From an uncultured Acidobacteriaceae bacterium (GTDB taxonomy: Bacteria > Acidobacteriota > Terriglobia > Terriglobales > Acidobacteriaceae), in assembly GCA_963804075.1 (NCBI GenBank), contig CAWDPB010000095.1, positions 17,379 to 81,378 of the forward strand: a DNA stretch of 64,000 nt, in the 5' to 3' direction. Positions within the stretch are counted from its first letter, which is position 1. Each line of letters starts with the position of its first letter. Shown piece by piece: positions 11,379 through 21,749 of this stretch. The notes under the pieces are model-generated. The model worked only from the letters and a program-made list of their open reading frames with translations. It was not told the DNA's origin and searched no databases. The translations under genes were made by a program, and so were the position numbers.

Positions 11379-12650
11379 CTATGTTCCTTCGTTCCAGCTC
11401 GCCAGATACTCTTCCTGCTCGGGAGTAAGTCTGTTGATCTTGATGCCCATCGATTCCAGCTTCAGCTTGGCGACTCGCTTGTCTAAGTCGACTGGAACTG
11501 TGTAGACCTTCTTCTCGAGTGAGGCGTGGTTCTTCACCATGTATTCGCAGCAAAGAGCCTGGTCGGCGAAGCTCATATCCATGACCGACGCGGGGTGGCC
11601 TTCGGCCGCGGCCAGATTGATGAGGCGGCCTTCGCCCAGCAGGTTGATGCGGCGTCCGTCTTTCATCGTGTACTCCTCGACGAAAGTGCGCGTGGTGCGC
11701 TTCGAGCTCGACATCTTTTCGAGCGAGGGGATGTTGATCTCCACGTTGAAGTGGCCCGAATTCGAGATGATCGCGCCGTCTTTCATCGCTTCGAAGTGCT
11801 GCTTGGCGAGGACGTTCTTGTTGCCGGTGACAGTGCAGAAGACGTCGCCGAGCTTGGCGGCTTCATCCATCGACATGACGCGGAAGCCATCCATCACGGC
11901 TTCGAGCGCTTTTGTTGGATCGACTTCGGTGACGATGATTTCGGCTCCTGCGCCGCGCGCGCGTGAGGCGAGTCCTCGTCCGCACCAGCCGTAGCCGGCA
12001 ACTACGAACTTCGATCCGGCGAGCAGAAAATTGGTCGCGCGGATGATGCCGTCAATCGTCGATTGTCCTGTGCCGTAGCGGTTGTCGAACAGGTGCTTGG
12101 TGTCGGCGTCATTCACGGCAACGATGGGATATTGCAGCACGCCTTCCTTGGCCATGGCGCGCAGGCGGATGACGCCGGTAGTGGTTTCCTCGGTGCCGCC
12201 AATCACGCCTGCGAGTTCGGTCTTGCGCTTGGTGTGCAATACGCCCACTAAGTCGGCGCCGTCGTCCATGGTGATCTGCGGCTTATGGTCAAGCGCGGCC
12301 ATGATGTGCGAGTAATAGGAATCGTTGTCCTCGCCTTTAATCGCGAAGGTGGGAATGTTGTAGTCGCGCACCAGGCTGGCGGCGACGTCGTCCTGCGTGG
12401 AAAGCGGGTTCGAGGCGCAGAGCGCCACGTCGGCGCCGCCGTCGCGCAGGCAGATCATAAGATTCGCGGTCTCAGCCGTGACGTGCAGGCAGGCGGAAAT
12501 GCGGACGCCTTTGAGAGGCTGGTTCTTGATGAATTCCTTGCGGATGATCTGCAATACCTTCATCGACTGGTTGGCCCACTCGATGCGCTTTTTGCCAAGA
12601 TCGGCAAGTTCAAAATTCTTAACGTCGCTGGTAATCGATGTCGTAGCCAT
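11379..12650 (-). CDS. ahcY: Adenosylhomocysteinase
   Basis: 423 aa, intact. It has the typical SAH hydrolase N-terminus ([22 protein letters not shown]), the NAD site GYGWCGRG, and the C-terminal LTPEQEEYL. Confidence 0.97.
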   Translation of the reverse strand: MATTSITSDVKNFELADLGKKRIEWANQSMKVLQIIRKEFIKNQPLKGVRISACLHVTAETANLMICLRDGGADVALCASNPLSTQDDVAASLVRDYNIPTFAIKGEDNDSYYSHIMAALDHKPQITMDDGADLVGVLHTKRKTELAGVIGGTEETTTGVIRLRAMAKEGVLQYPIVAVNDADTKHLFDNRYGTGQSTIDGIIRATNFLLAGSKFVVAGYGWCGRGLASRARGAGAEIIVTEVDPTKALEAVMDGFRVMSMDEAAKLGDVFCTVTGNKNVLAKQHFEAMKDGAIISNSGHFNVEINIPSLEKMSSSKRTTRTFVEEYTMKDGRRINLLGEGRLINLAAAEGHPASVMDMSFADQALCCEYMVKNHASLEKKVYTVPVDLDKRVAKLKLESMGIKINRLTPEQEEYLASWNEGT

Positions 12651-12673
12651 TTTTCTCCCTATCCCCGGATGAG

Positions 12674-12808
12674 CAAGAGGTCAGAGGTTAGAGTCAGATT
12701 GCAGAAGTTACATCCGACCTCAATCCCGTTCCTTGCCTGCTCTTGATTTTCTCGATTTCGCACGGTTGCGGTTCGGGTCCTTAAACCTCCGACCTCGAAC
12801 CTCTGACC

Positions 12809-12809
<1 letters not shown>
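12674..12809. repeat. Inverted pair of heptanucleotide-periodic arrays (AGGTNNN type) filling the metK-ahcY spacer
   Basis: Right arm: TAAACCT CCGACCT CGAACCT CTGACCT (12782-12809), abutting the metK stop. Left arm: AGGTCAG AGGTTAG AGTCAGA... (12678 onward). A perfect 12-bp inverted repeat joins 12678-12689 and 12798-12809. Confidence 0.6.
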
Positions 12810-14017
<1,208 letters not shown>

Positions 14018-14233
14018 CGAACGGTCGTGAGCACTAAGGTGGGCCTATAACGCCGCAGGCTCTTAACCGGGATCAGGCTTTTATATCCTTAAAACGGTAC
14101 CAGAGAGCGTGGCAGGAGTGCAACGAAATTGGGCGGCCCGGATGGACATGCTCAGCGAGCGGAAGTACAGCGCATTGAATGGGTTCTAGACAGCAGTAAA
14201 TGAAAGAAAATAAAGGCTAGCAATGCCGATCGT

Positions 14234-15247
14234 TTAATGGGCCGTGGGCGACGAAACGTTGGGCAGCAGGCCCGCCGAACCGATTGTGACCGTCTTCACC
14301 TCGCCGAGATCGCCTCCGACGGGAAGCTCTCTTCCGTTGAGGTGGAAGTCGAGAGCGCCAACATTGCCCGCCTTGACGACAATGCGCTGGTGGCCGCGGA
14401 AGGTGCGTTCATCGCCGGACGGAATGGTCTGTGAGCCGAATGGATTGTCGTCAACCGCGACTGACAGCCAGCTCTCGTCCCGGGCTCGAATGGTGAGCAC
14501 GAATTCCCCGGGTCCAGGGGATGCTGGCGGGGAACTCGCCTCGGACTGAAGTGAGGAGGTGCCTGCGGGTTTATCGGCTGGCGTGGGTGCAACCGGAGCG
14601 GCACCTGAACTTGCGGTGGGCACGCCGACCGGCGACGATTGAGCAGAAGACGATTGACCAGAATTAGAAGCGTCCGGCGCGGATGTGCTTTGACCCGAGG
14701 CTTGCTCCGAACGCTGCGCCACCTGTGGCTGCCGGGCGAGCCGCTCCTGCTCGCGGCGCCGATGGGTCCAAAGCGAGAGGCCGAGCGCGATCAGCAACAG
14801 AACGACCGCGAAGACGCCCCAAGGCAGCTGGTGGGAAGCGAGTTCGGCGCGTATCTCGAGCCGACCGTTTTCCGGTTCATGAGCGCCGCGTTGGGCAACA
14901 TTGTCGCGAGTTTCGCGGCTCGGAGACTCGGTGCGGGGAGGCGGCGCCTCACCGGAGGCCTCCAGGTAGTCGGCGATCGTCTGATCTTCGTCGACCCCAA
15001 GCGCGCGGGCGTAAGCGCGGACGAATCCTTTGTTGAAAATGCCCCCCGGCAACTGGTTGAATTTTTCATCCTCCAGAGCCTGGAGCATGCGCGTGCCGAT
15101 CTTAGTAGTGGAAGAAATTTGTTCGAGCGTGATCTTGCGCTTTTCGCGTTCGAGCTTGAGTTTTTCGCCAAAGGAAGGCAAGCCGGTCTCCCGCCGATCG
15201 GACGACGATAAAGATTTTACTCTTTGAAGTGCACCATCATAACGCAT
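14234..15247 (-). CDS. rodZ: RodZ-like cytoskeleton protein (HTH, TM helix, DUF4115)
   Basis: XRE-type HTH (FGEKLKLEREKRKITLEQISSTTKIGTRMLQALE, FNKGFVRAYARALG), a TM helix (WGVFAVVLLLIALGLSLW), an S/A/P-rich linker, and a C-terminal DUF4115-like block. Confidence 0.75.
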   Translation of the reverse strand: MRYDGALQRVKSLSSSDRRETGLPSFGEKLKLEREKRKITLEQISSTTKIGTRMLQALEDEKFNQLPGGIFNKGFVRAYARALGVDEDQTIADYLEASGEAPPPRTESPSRETRDNVAQRGAHEPENGRLEIRAELASHQLPWGVFAVVLLLIALGLSLWTHRRREQERLARQPQVAQRSEQASGQSTSAPDASNSGQSSSAQSSPVGVPTASSGAAPVAPTPADKPAGTSSLQSEASSPPASPGPGEFVLTIRARDESWLSVAVDDNPFGSQTIPSGDERTFRGHQRIVVKAGNVGALDFHLNGRELPVGGDLGEVKTVTIGSAGLLPNVSSPTAH

Positions 15248-15421
15248 TTAGGGATGTGTGCCACGAACAGTCAACTCAACGTGGTGTCCTGGTTTGCGTT
15301 CTTCAACACGGAGTCACCGAGTCACGGAGAAACCCTGAACCGCATGAACCAATTACTCCGTGGCGGGAGTTGAATTAGGGACACTACCAAGGCAAGCGTC
15401 GGCTGCGAAGGTGGAAGCCGC

Positions 15422-16387
15422 CTAGTTGTCTTCGGACGTTTGTGCGATGGCGTTTGCGCGCGGAAATTGCAGAGAAACAGCGTCGGCTCCGACAAAGCTG
15501 ACGGTCACGCTGGTCTGGCGTTCCTTAAAAGGACTGGTCGCACTGAGCGAAGCATAATGCCACATGCGCACCGCTTGTGCGGCGGCTTCGGCAAGTTGCT
15601 GTTTGCCGCTGAGAACGTGAATCTGCTTCACCAGTCCATTGGCTGCGACGACAATCTGCAGGCGAACCTTGCCGGGGCCGGAGTTCTCCGGCGCCGTTGG
15701 ATAGACCACATGTCCGGTAGGCGCTTCGGCCACCTCAACCCGCGTCGGAGACGGATCCAGAGGCCGGGAAACCAGCACGCGCAGATGAGGCTTCGGTCCG
15801 AGCCTCGCGAGATCCTCGGCTGTCGGTAGACCAGGGACAGGCGGCTGGATGGCTGCTTGAGTTGATCCCGAAAAAACATGGGAATAAAGATAAAGCCCAA
15901 TCGAGAGGCTGAATATCGCGAGGGCCGCAGCGGCTCCCCAATATAAGAGATCGCCAGAGGCGTGTGCTGTTCGTTGTCGCGGCCCGGGTTGGGGTTTGTT
16001 GAGCGCGGGCACTGCCGGCGAAACAGCCTCGGATCCAACAGGCAGTTTCGCTACCGGTTTTGCTGGCTCGGGCGCGGCAGAACTTGCCAGCCAGATTGGA
16101 ATGCTGTTGTCCAGGGCTTCAACGCCCGCCTGGTTTTCATGCGGTGCGAGTTGCTTGCTCCAGATGACCCGGAACGCTGCTTTGTACTTGCCTCGTTGCA
16201 GGGTAATGATCTGGCCGGGCGAGAGTTCGGTACGCAGTCCACCGAGGCGGCACCCGCTCTCCGATGTATCAACGGTGTGCGCCAACAGCGAGGGAGAAGC
16301 TTCTACTTGACGATCGTCCAGCCACACGCGCAGCGGCAGAACCATCTTGGTGCGAGCGTAGCGTTGGACGTCCTGGTACATCGACAA
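15422..16387 (-). CDS. PilZ domain, TM helix and TonB C-terminal domain fusion protein
   Basis: N-terminal PilZ-like fold with DTSESG (DxSxxG) and RYAR upstream. TM helix LLYWGAAAALAIFSLSIGLYLYS. C-terminal TonB_C (VVYPTAPE...VRLQIVVAANGLVKQIHVLSG...AVRMWHY). Confidence 0.75.
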   Translation of the reverse strand: MSMYQDVQRYARTKMVLPLRVWLDDRQVEASPSLLAHTVDTSESGCRLGGLRTELSPGQIITLQRGKYKAAFRVIWSKQLAPHENQAGVEALDNSIPIWLASSAAPEPAKPVAKLPVGSEAVSPAVPALNKPQPGPRQRTAHASGDLLYWGAAAALAIFSLSIGLYLYSHVFSGSTQAAIQPPVPGLPTAEDLARLGPKPHLRVLVSRPLDPSPTRVEVAEAPTGHVVYPTAPENSGPGKVRLQIVVAANGLVKQIHVLSGKQQLAEAAAQAVRMWHYASLSATSPFKERQTSVTVSFVGADAVSLQFPRANAIAQTSEDN

Positions 16388-16519
16388 TATTTTACGAATA
16401 ACTCGTAACCGGCGGCCAGTTACCGAAGATAGTGAACGGGTGAGTTGAGTTGCTTGCCGGAAGACAAACGGAGGCTCGCGTGCGTGGAACGCTGGCCCCG
16501 TTCATGGCGCGGTTGCCTA

Positions 16520-17198
16520 TCACGACGGGAAATGGAAATGAACGTCGTGGTGCGAGGCGACGGGCGTGCCGTCCAGCGTGGCTGGTTGGTAATGCCAGCG
16601 GCGCAGCGTGGCTTCGATTTTTTCGTCAATGCCGTGGCCAATGGCCTGGACGATCTTCGTCTCGACTACGCTACCTTGTGAGTCGATGGTGACCTCGATG
16701 ACAACGTCGCCAACCAAGCCCAGTGGTAGTTCGGCACGATTGACGGGTGGATCGGGGTACACGACCGGATAAGCAACGTGGACTTCATGGCCGGAAACCG
16801 GTCCGTCCACCACAGTGCCGAGGGGAGAACCGGCCTTGGAGTTAAGGCTGCCTTCCTCCGCCAGCGGTTCGGGCTGGCGATGTTCGTCGGCGGGTTCCGG
16901 TTTTTGCTTTTGGGGATGCGGGCGCGGCTGAGCCTTGTGCTTCTCAGCCGGCAGTACTAGCTTCGCTTCGTCGCGTGGCTTTGTCTTCGTCTCCCGGTGG
17001 AAGGTAAGTGATGTGATACGTGTGTGACGAGTCTCCAAAGGCGAGCCAGGTTGGACCTAATTCAATGACCGTCGGATTGTGGAACACGATCCAGGCCAGA
17101 GCCACCAAATGAGCGGCGACGGACACCGCGACGGTTCCGTGGTGGCGGAGCCAAAAATGGCGGCTCGTGGAACCCCGAGGCTGTAATCCGGCAAACAC
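16520..17198 (-). CDS. Energy transducer TonB-family protein, one frame disruption
   Basis: ORF 16944..17198 gives a short cytoplasmic N-terminus and a TM helix (GTVAVSVAAHLVALAWIVF). ORF 16520..17038 gives a K/P/E-rich linker and TonB_C (VAYPVVYPDPP...GDVVIEVTIDSQGSVVETKIVQ...LRRWHYQPA). The overlap at 16944-17038 marks the frame change. Confidence 0.75.
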
Positions 17199-17370
17199 AA
17201 TTCTAGGTTACTACCGATGATAGACGCGGAAACAGCGAAAAGGTCGCGTTGAAGTGACTGCCTGCAATCTGATTATCATCCCGAGCAGCGCGACGTGTCG
17301 CGTTTTCTGCGACGCAATAATCGCGCGTTTGGCTCGCTTCCTTTTCAAATTGAGCCACGAGCACCGTTTC

Positions 17371-17812
17371 CTACGCGCCTGCCTGCTTTTCCGCCATATC
17401 GCCAATTATGGGGAGCTTGAACATCTGGCCCTGGTAGGCCTTGAGAACCAAAACCAGCCAGAGGATGAAATCCGGCGAGGCTGACGAGCGGCCACAATAA
17501 CAAGGTCGCCCACCCGAGGAGGGGAATGTGGCCGATGATGGACAGGATGATCCACAGGGCGGTCCAGGCTACTGCGAAGAAGATGCACTGGAAGCAATGA
17601 AAGCGGATGAAGCGCTTCCGGTTGTATGGTTCGAGGACCAGAAACGCGATCGCCGGGATGATAGTCACATAGGCGAGGGCTCCGGCAACGTTGTCGGTTA
17701 GTCCGGTACCGGTGGTGGTTGCGGTGGAAGCTGGTGCGGCAGGGGCGCCCGCACATTTCAGACAGGTTGCTCCTTCTGCGATCTGGGCGCCACAGGTTGG
17801 ACAGAAAGGCAT
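17371..17812 (-). CDS. Zinc-ribbon plus DUF4870-like membrane protein, one frame disruption
   Basis: MPFCPTCGAQIAEGATCLKCAG followed by ALAYVTIIPAIAFLVLEPYNRKRFIRFHCFQ. After ~17470 the alternate frame reads ILWLVLVLKAYQGQMFKLPIIGDMAEKQAGA and stops at 17371-17373. Confidence 0.6.
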
Positions 17813-17944
17813 GGAGTCTCCTTTGGATCGCGGAGAAAAATATCAGAAGGACGGATGGGACGCAACGGCTAAGTGGCGCAGATGGCGTTGATTGCTGGTA
17901 TTCTCGTCCGTCCACTTTCAGTTTGGTTTCGTGGTGGAAAACAT

Positions 17945-17966
17945 GAGACGCGGCAAGCCGCGTCTC
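17945..17966. repeat. REP-like hairpin GAGACGCGG-CAAG-CCGCGTCTC
   Basis: Perfect 9-bp stem with a CAAG loop. A second copy with one mismatch lies at 25775-25796. Both are followed by TAC. Confidence 0.6.
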
Positions 17967-17978
17967 TACGGGAGGCTG

Positions 17979-18542
17979 ATGATCACGATTGTTTCGGGGC
18001 TGCCGCGGTCGGGCACGTCGCTGATGATGCAAATGCTGGCGGCGGGAGGCATGATGGCGCTTTCCGATGGGGAGCGGAAGCCTGATACCGACAATCCCAA
18101 GGGGTATCTCGAATGGGAGCGGATCAAGCTGCTTCCCAAGGAACCGGGGCTGATTGCGGAGGCCGAAGGCAAAGTGGTGAAGGTGATTTCGCAGCTGATC
18201 CTGTCGCTGCCCGACGGTCACGAATACAGGATTGTGTTCATGCAGCGGCCTTTGCCGGAGGTGCTGAAGTCGCAGGAAGAAATGCTGAAGCGGCGTGGGA
18301 CTCATGAGCCGGGCGGGAATACAGCGGCCATTGAGCACGCATTCCAACGGCACTTGATTGAGGTCAACAAGTGGCTGGCAGGAAAAGCGGGTACGTCGGT
18401 TTTGCGCGTGCATTATCATCGCGTGTTGCGCGAGCCACAGGCTATGGCGGAAGGAGTGGCGGCGTTCCTGGGTGTGCCGCTGGATATTCAGGCAATGGTT
18501 GGACAGGTGGATGGCAGCTTGTATCGGAATCGTGTGAAGTAG
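17979..18542 (+). CDS. Sulfotransferase-family protein
   Basis: MITIVSGLPRSGTSLMMQML is a PAPS 5'-phosphosulfate-binding loop. The start is set at ATG 17979 because the upstream part of ORF 17892.. is the REP hairpin. Confidence 0.7.
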   Translation: MITIVSGLPRSGTSLMMQMLAAGGMMALSDGERKPDTDNPKGYLEWERIKLLPKEPGLIAEAEGKVVKVISQLILSLPDGHEYRIVFMQRPLPEVLKSQEEMLKRRGTHEPGGNTAAIEHAFQRHLIEVNKWLAGKAGTSVLRVHYHRVLREPQAMAEGVAAFLGVPLDIQAMVGQVDGSLYRNRVK

Positions 18543-18661
18543 GCGCGGCTTGGCAGGGAGTGTATCGCGTGTGTGTATTGGGCGGCAACGATTTTCACAT
18601 CGTCCTTTTCTTGCTAATTCCCGATTAGCGGAGCTGGATGGCGCTGCACCACGGTTAAGTA

Positions 18662-19204
18662 GTGTATTTTCACTACGCTATATTCTATTCTTGTATCCTC
18701 GGTTTCACTTTTTCGTCCACTCGAGCCGGGCCTGCCGCGGTAATCAAATTGCACGGATCGTTTTGGACGCATCCGCGCGGAGACGGCAACAGCTTGGCTT
18801 ACAAAGATATTTTCTGGATGGCCTGCGACTCCACCGAATCATTACGCGCCGAGTACGGCCCTTTTCATACACGAGAAGAAGCGGAGGCGGAAGCCCACAA
18901 GCTGGGGTTCGGGTACCTGCTGCGATACGAGCACATGGTTGGCCCCAACGAGCAGATTGAAGAGGTTCGTTGCGTGTTTATCGAATTACAGCAGGCGCCC
19001 CCGCCCCAACAGCGTCCGGGCGTCACCTTCCACACGCGCTGCGCGACTTGCGGGGAATCGGCCGCGCACGAGTTGAAATGGCAAGCCGAAGTCTGGGCAG
19101 ACATTCATGAATTCGAACATCTGCGCCATCGCGTAAGACTGTTCGAACATGCGCTCGGCGAAGGCCTGCGCGAAATCAGCGACACCAGAGGCTTTGCGGC
19201 GTAG
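18662..19204 (+). CDS. Hypothetical protein (CxxC-containing); start uncertain
   Basis: 180-aa ORF in which I recognised no family. ATG 18818 (MACDSTESL...) is an alternative start. The upstream region is AT-rich. Confidence 0.3.
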   Translation: MYFHYAIFYSCILGFTFSSTRAGPAAVIKLHGSFWTHPRGDGNSLAYKDIFWMACDSTESLRAEYGPFHTREEAEAEAHKLGFGYLLRYEHMVGPNEQIEEVRCVFIELQQAPPPQQRPGVTFHTRCATCGESAAHELKWQAEVWADIHEFEHLRHRVRLFEHALGEGLREISDTRGFAA

Positions 19205-19236
19205 GGTCCGGTCTGCCTTGATCAATCACTTCTTTG

Positions 19237-19992
19237 TTAATCACGCGCAGTTGTTTTGGATAATTCCTTGGCTGCGGCTTCATCCAACATCCACAAGAGC
19301 GCCCCGTTGGTGGGTTGTACCTGCTGCGACGGATACGGCGGGTCGCTTTTTCCTTCCAGAACCTGATGCACCATTTCGGCTTTGTCGGGCCCGCTGACCA
19401 GGAACATCACTTCTGCGGCGTTGTTCAGCACGGGGAAGGTGAAGCTGATGCGGTGAGTTTTGAATTTATCCACCCAGTTGGCGATCACAAGTTTATTGCG
19501 TTCCTTCAATCCTTCGGAATCGGGGAACAGCGATGCGGTATGGCCGTCGGGGCCCATGCCAAGCAGGATGAGATCGAAGCGGGGAAATTCGTTAGTCCTG
19601 AGTTCGAAGAATTTCTTCAGCTGGATTTCATATTCGGCGGCGGCCGAAGCGGCATCGGGATTCTCGGCTTTGACCCGGAAGACATTCTGCGCAGGGATCG
19701 CGATCTTCGAGAGCAGGGATTCATTCACCATGCGGAAATTGCTGTCTGCGTCGGTGGGCGGCACGTGGCGCTCGTCGCCGAAGAAGAAATAGGTGCGCGC
19801 CCATGGGAAATCGGCGTAGCTTGCGGCGAGCAGGGAATAGAGACTTCTGGGAGTCGAGCCTCCCGAGAGCGCGACCGTAAACCGGCCCTGGGCTCCGATA
19901 GCTTGCCGCCCGATGCGCGTGAACTCCTCGGCAGCGGCGTGGAAAAGGTCAGCGGCTGTCGGCAGAACTTCGATCTTGCGGGTTGAGGGCAT
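19237..19992 (-). CDS. pgl: 6-phosphogluconolactonase
   Basis: FTVALSGGSTPRSLY, FFGDERHVPPTDADSNF and LLGMGPDGHTASLFP. Intact. Confidence 0.92.
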   Translation of the reverse strand: MPSTRKIEVLPTAADLFHAAAEEFTRIGRQAIGAQGRFTVALSGGSTPRSLYSLLAASYADFPWARTYFFFGDERHVPPTDADSNFRMVNESLLSKIAIPAQNVFRVKAENPDAASAAAEYEIQLKKFFELRTNEFPRFDLILLGMGPDGHTASLFPDSEGLKERNKLVIANWVDKFKTHRISFTFPVLNNAAEVMFLVSGPDKAEMVHQVLEGKSDPPYPSQQVQPTNGALLWMLDEAAAKELSKTTARD

Positions 19993-20036
19993 TTGATAAT
20001 TTGCGTTTGTGCAACCTAGGCAAGTTCTGTTCCGAA

Positions 20037-20079
20037 CGAGATTCCTCGCCCACTCGCTTCGCTCGGGCTCGGAATGACA
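20037..20079. repeat. REP-like element (GAGATYCCTCG...GCTCRGRATGACA family) in the zwf-pgl spacer
   Basis: CGAGATTCCTCGCCCACTCGCTTCGCTCGGGCTCGGAATGACA. It is related to the copy at 52078-52135 through shared termini. Confidence 0.5.
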
Positions 20080-20090
20080 AGCTCAATAGA

Positions 20091-21632
20091 TTATTTTTCG
20101 AAGTTCCTCCAGCGCCGCCCGTCGCGCTCCATTAACTCTTCGGACTCCTTCGGTCCCCATGTCCCCGACGGGTAGTTGGGGAAATTGCGCGGGGGCAATG
20201 CCTTCCACACATCGAGCACCGGGTTCACGATGCTCCAGCCGGCTTCGACCATGTCGGCGCGCTGGAAGAGTGTAGCGTCGCCAATCATGCAATCGTGCAG
20301 GAGGCGCTCATAGCCGGTCGAGGGAGTCACTCCGAAATAATCGGCGTAGGCGAAATCCATGTTGACCTCGCCGAGCTGCATGGCGGGGCCGGGGGTTTTG
20401 GCGGCGAAGCGCAGCGATATGCCTTCTTCCGGCTGAATGTGCAGCACGAGCTGGTTGGGCATCAAGTTTTCGACGGGCGTGTCGCGGAAGAGCATAAACG
20501 GAGCGCGCCGGAATTGGATGACCACGTGTGTGTTACGTCCCGGCAACCGCTTGCCGGTGCGCAGATAGAAGGGAACTCCCGCCCAGCGCCAGTTGTCGAT
20601 GAGCAGGCGCATGGCGACAAAAGTCTCTGTGCGCGAGTCGCGCGGCACGCCTTCTTCTTCGCGGTAAGCCGGGACGCGCTCGCCATCGACAATGCCCTCG
20701 CCATATTGTCCGCGCACGGTTTTGCTGAGCACATCCTCCGAGCTGAAGGGCTGAATGGCGTGCAGAATCTTGGCCTGCTCGTCGCGCACAGCGTTGGCCT
20801 CGAACGAAATCGGCGGCTCCATCGCGGTCAGCGTGATGAGCTGCATGATGTGATTGGGAACCATGTCGCGGAGCGCGCCCGCGCCGTCGTAGTAGCCGCC
20901 GCGTTTTTCCACACCCACGGTTTCGACAACCGAGATCTGCACGTGGTCGATGTAGCGGCGGTTCCAGATCGGCTCGAAAATTCCGTTGGCGAAACGGAGC
21001 GCCAAAATGTTCTGAACGGTTTCCTTGCCCAGATAGTGGTCGATGCGGTAAATCTGGCACTCGTTGACCACTTTCAGCAGTTGCTGGTTGAGCGCTTTGG
21101 CGGAATCGAGATCGTGACCGAACGGCTTTTCAATAATGACGCGGCGCCAGTAGCCGTTTTCCTGGTGCATCAGGCCAACCTTCGAGAGCCGCTCGACGAT
21201 GTCCCCGAAGAAATTTGGCGCAGTGGCGAGATAGAAAAAGTAGTTGCCCTTGGCCCCATGTTCCTGGTCGGCTTTAGCGACGGTATCTTTCAATTGTGCG
21301 TAGGTGTCCGGATTATCGAAATCGCCGCTGATGTAGTAGATGCGGCGGACGAACCAATCCCAGAGATCGCTGTCGATGGGGCCGCTGGCAAACTGCTTGA
21401 AGTCCTCGGTCATTTTTTTGCGCGCGTCGTCGGTCGACATGGCACTGCGACCCAAGCCGACGATGGCGAACTCACGCGAGAGCAGACCCTGGCTGGCCAG
21501 GTTGTAAAGGGCGGGAATCAGCTTGCGGCGGGTGAGGTCTCCGGAGAAGCCGAAGATGACCATGACGCAGGGATCGGCGACGCGGCCGATGCGGGGTTTG
21601 GACGGAGTGGGCAGCACTTCGGTTTGGGCCAT
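20091..21632 (-). CDS. zwf: Glucose-6-phosphate 1-dehydrogenase
   Basis: 513 aa, intact. Motifs [21 protein letters not shown] and RIDHYLGKE. Confidence 0.97.
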   Translation of the reverse strand: MAQTEVLPTPSKPRIGRVADPCVMVIFGFSGDLTRRKLIPALYNLASQGLLSREFAIVGLGRSAMSTDDARKKMTEDFKQFASGPIDSDLWDWFVRRIYYISGDFDNPDTYAQLKDTVAKADQEHGAKGNYFFYLATAPNFFGDIVERLSKVGLMHQENGYWRRVIIEKPFGHDLDSAKALNQQLLKVVNECQIYRIDHYLGKETVQNILALRFANGIFEPIWNRRYIDHVQISVVETVGVEKRGGYYDGAGALRDMVPNHIMQLITLTAMEPPISFEANAVRDEQAKILHAIQPFSSEDVLSKTVRGQYGEGIVDGERVPAYREEEGVPRDSRTETFVAMRLLIDNWRWAGVPFYLRTGKRLPGRNTHVVIQFRRAPFMLFRDTPVENLMPNQLVLHIQPEEGISLRFAAKTPGPAMQLGEVNMDFAYADYFGVTPSTGYERLLHDCMIGDATLFQRADMVEAGWSIVNPVLDVWKALPPRNFPNYPSGTWGPKESEELMERDGRRWRNFEK

Positions 21633-21643
21633 GGGTTCCTCTT

Positions 21644-21725
21644 AAGCTGCGAGCTATGAGCCACGAGCTTCGAGCAAAATCAAAACCAAGATCCTGGCCG
21701 CTCGCGGCTCGAAGCTCGCGGTGGC
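21644..21725. repeat. Inverted pair of heptanucleotide arrays (GAGCNNN type) in the gnd-zwf spacer
   Basis: Left: AAGCTGC GAGCTAT GAGCCAC GAGCTTC GAGCAAA (21644-21678). Right: CCGCTCG CGGCTCG AAGCTCG CGGTGGC (21698-21725). A perfect 12-bp stem joins 21664-21675 and 21707-21718. Confidence 0.65.
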
Positions 21726-21749
21726 CATTGCTATGTCGCGGCGGACTTT

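Noticed and set aside
12651-12808. Possible SAH riboswitch upstream of ahcY.
   Set aside because: The conserved GAGGAGCGCUGCGAC / GGCUCAGGA type core is absent. The region is explained by the heptad-array pair instead.
14018-14233. Possible SAM riboswitch in the 216-nt metK leader (minus strand).
   Set aside because: Reading the reverse complement, I could not find SAM-I core blocks (GAGGGA...GGCCC...GCAACC...GGUGCYAA) or SAM-II or SAM-IV signatures. This needs an Infernal/Rfam scan before any claim.
17406-18419. Long antisense or shadow ORFs. Examples: 17406..18419(-), 5643..6686(-), 9406..10140(-), 20295..21659(+), 31941..32795(+), 37732..39147(-), 45881..47086(-), 52243..53265(+), 55806..57062(+), 58002..58832(-).
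   Set aside because: Each lies opposite or out of frame to a gene with clear family motifs. They have Arg/Gly/Ala/His-rich composition typical of GC-rich shadow frames, and none contains a motif I recognise.
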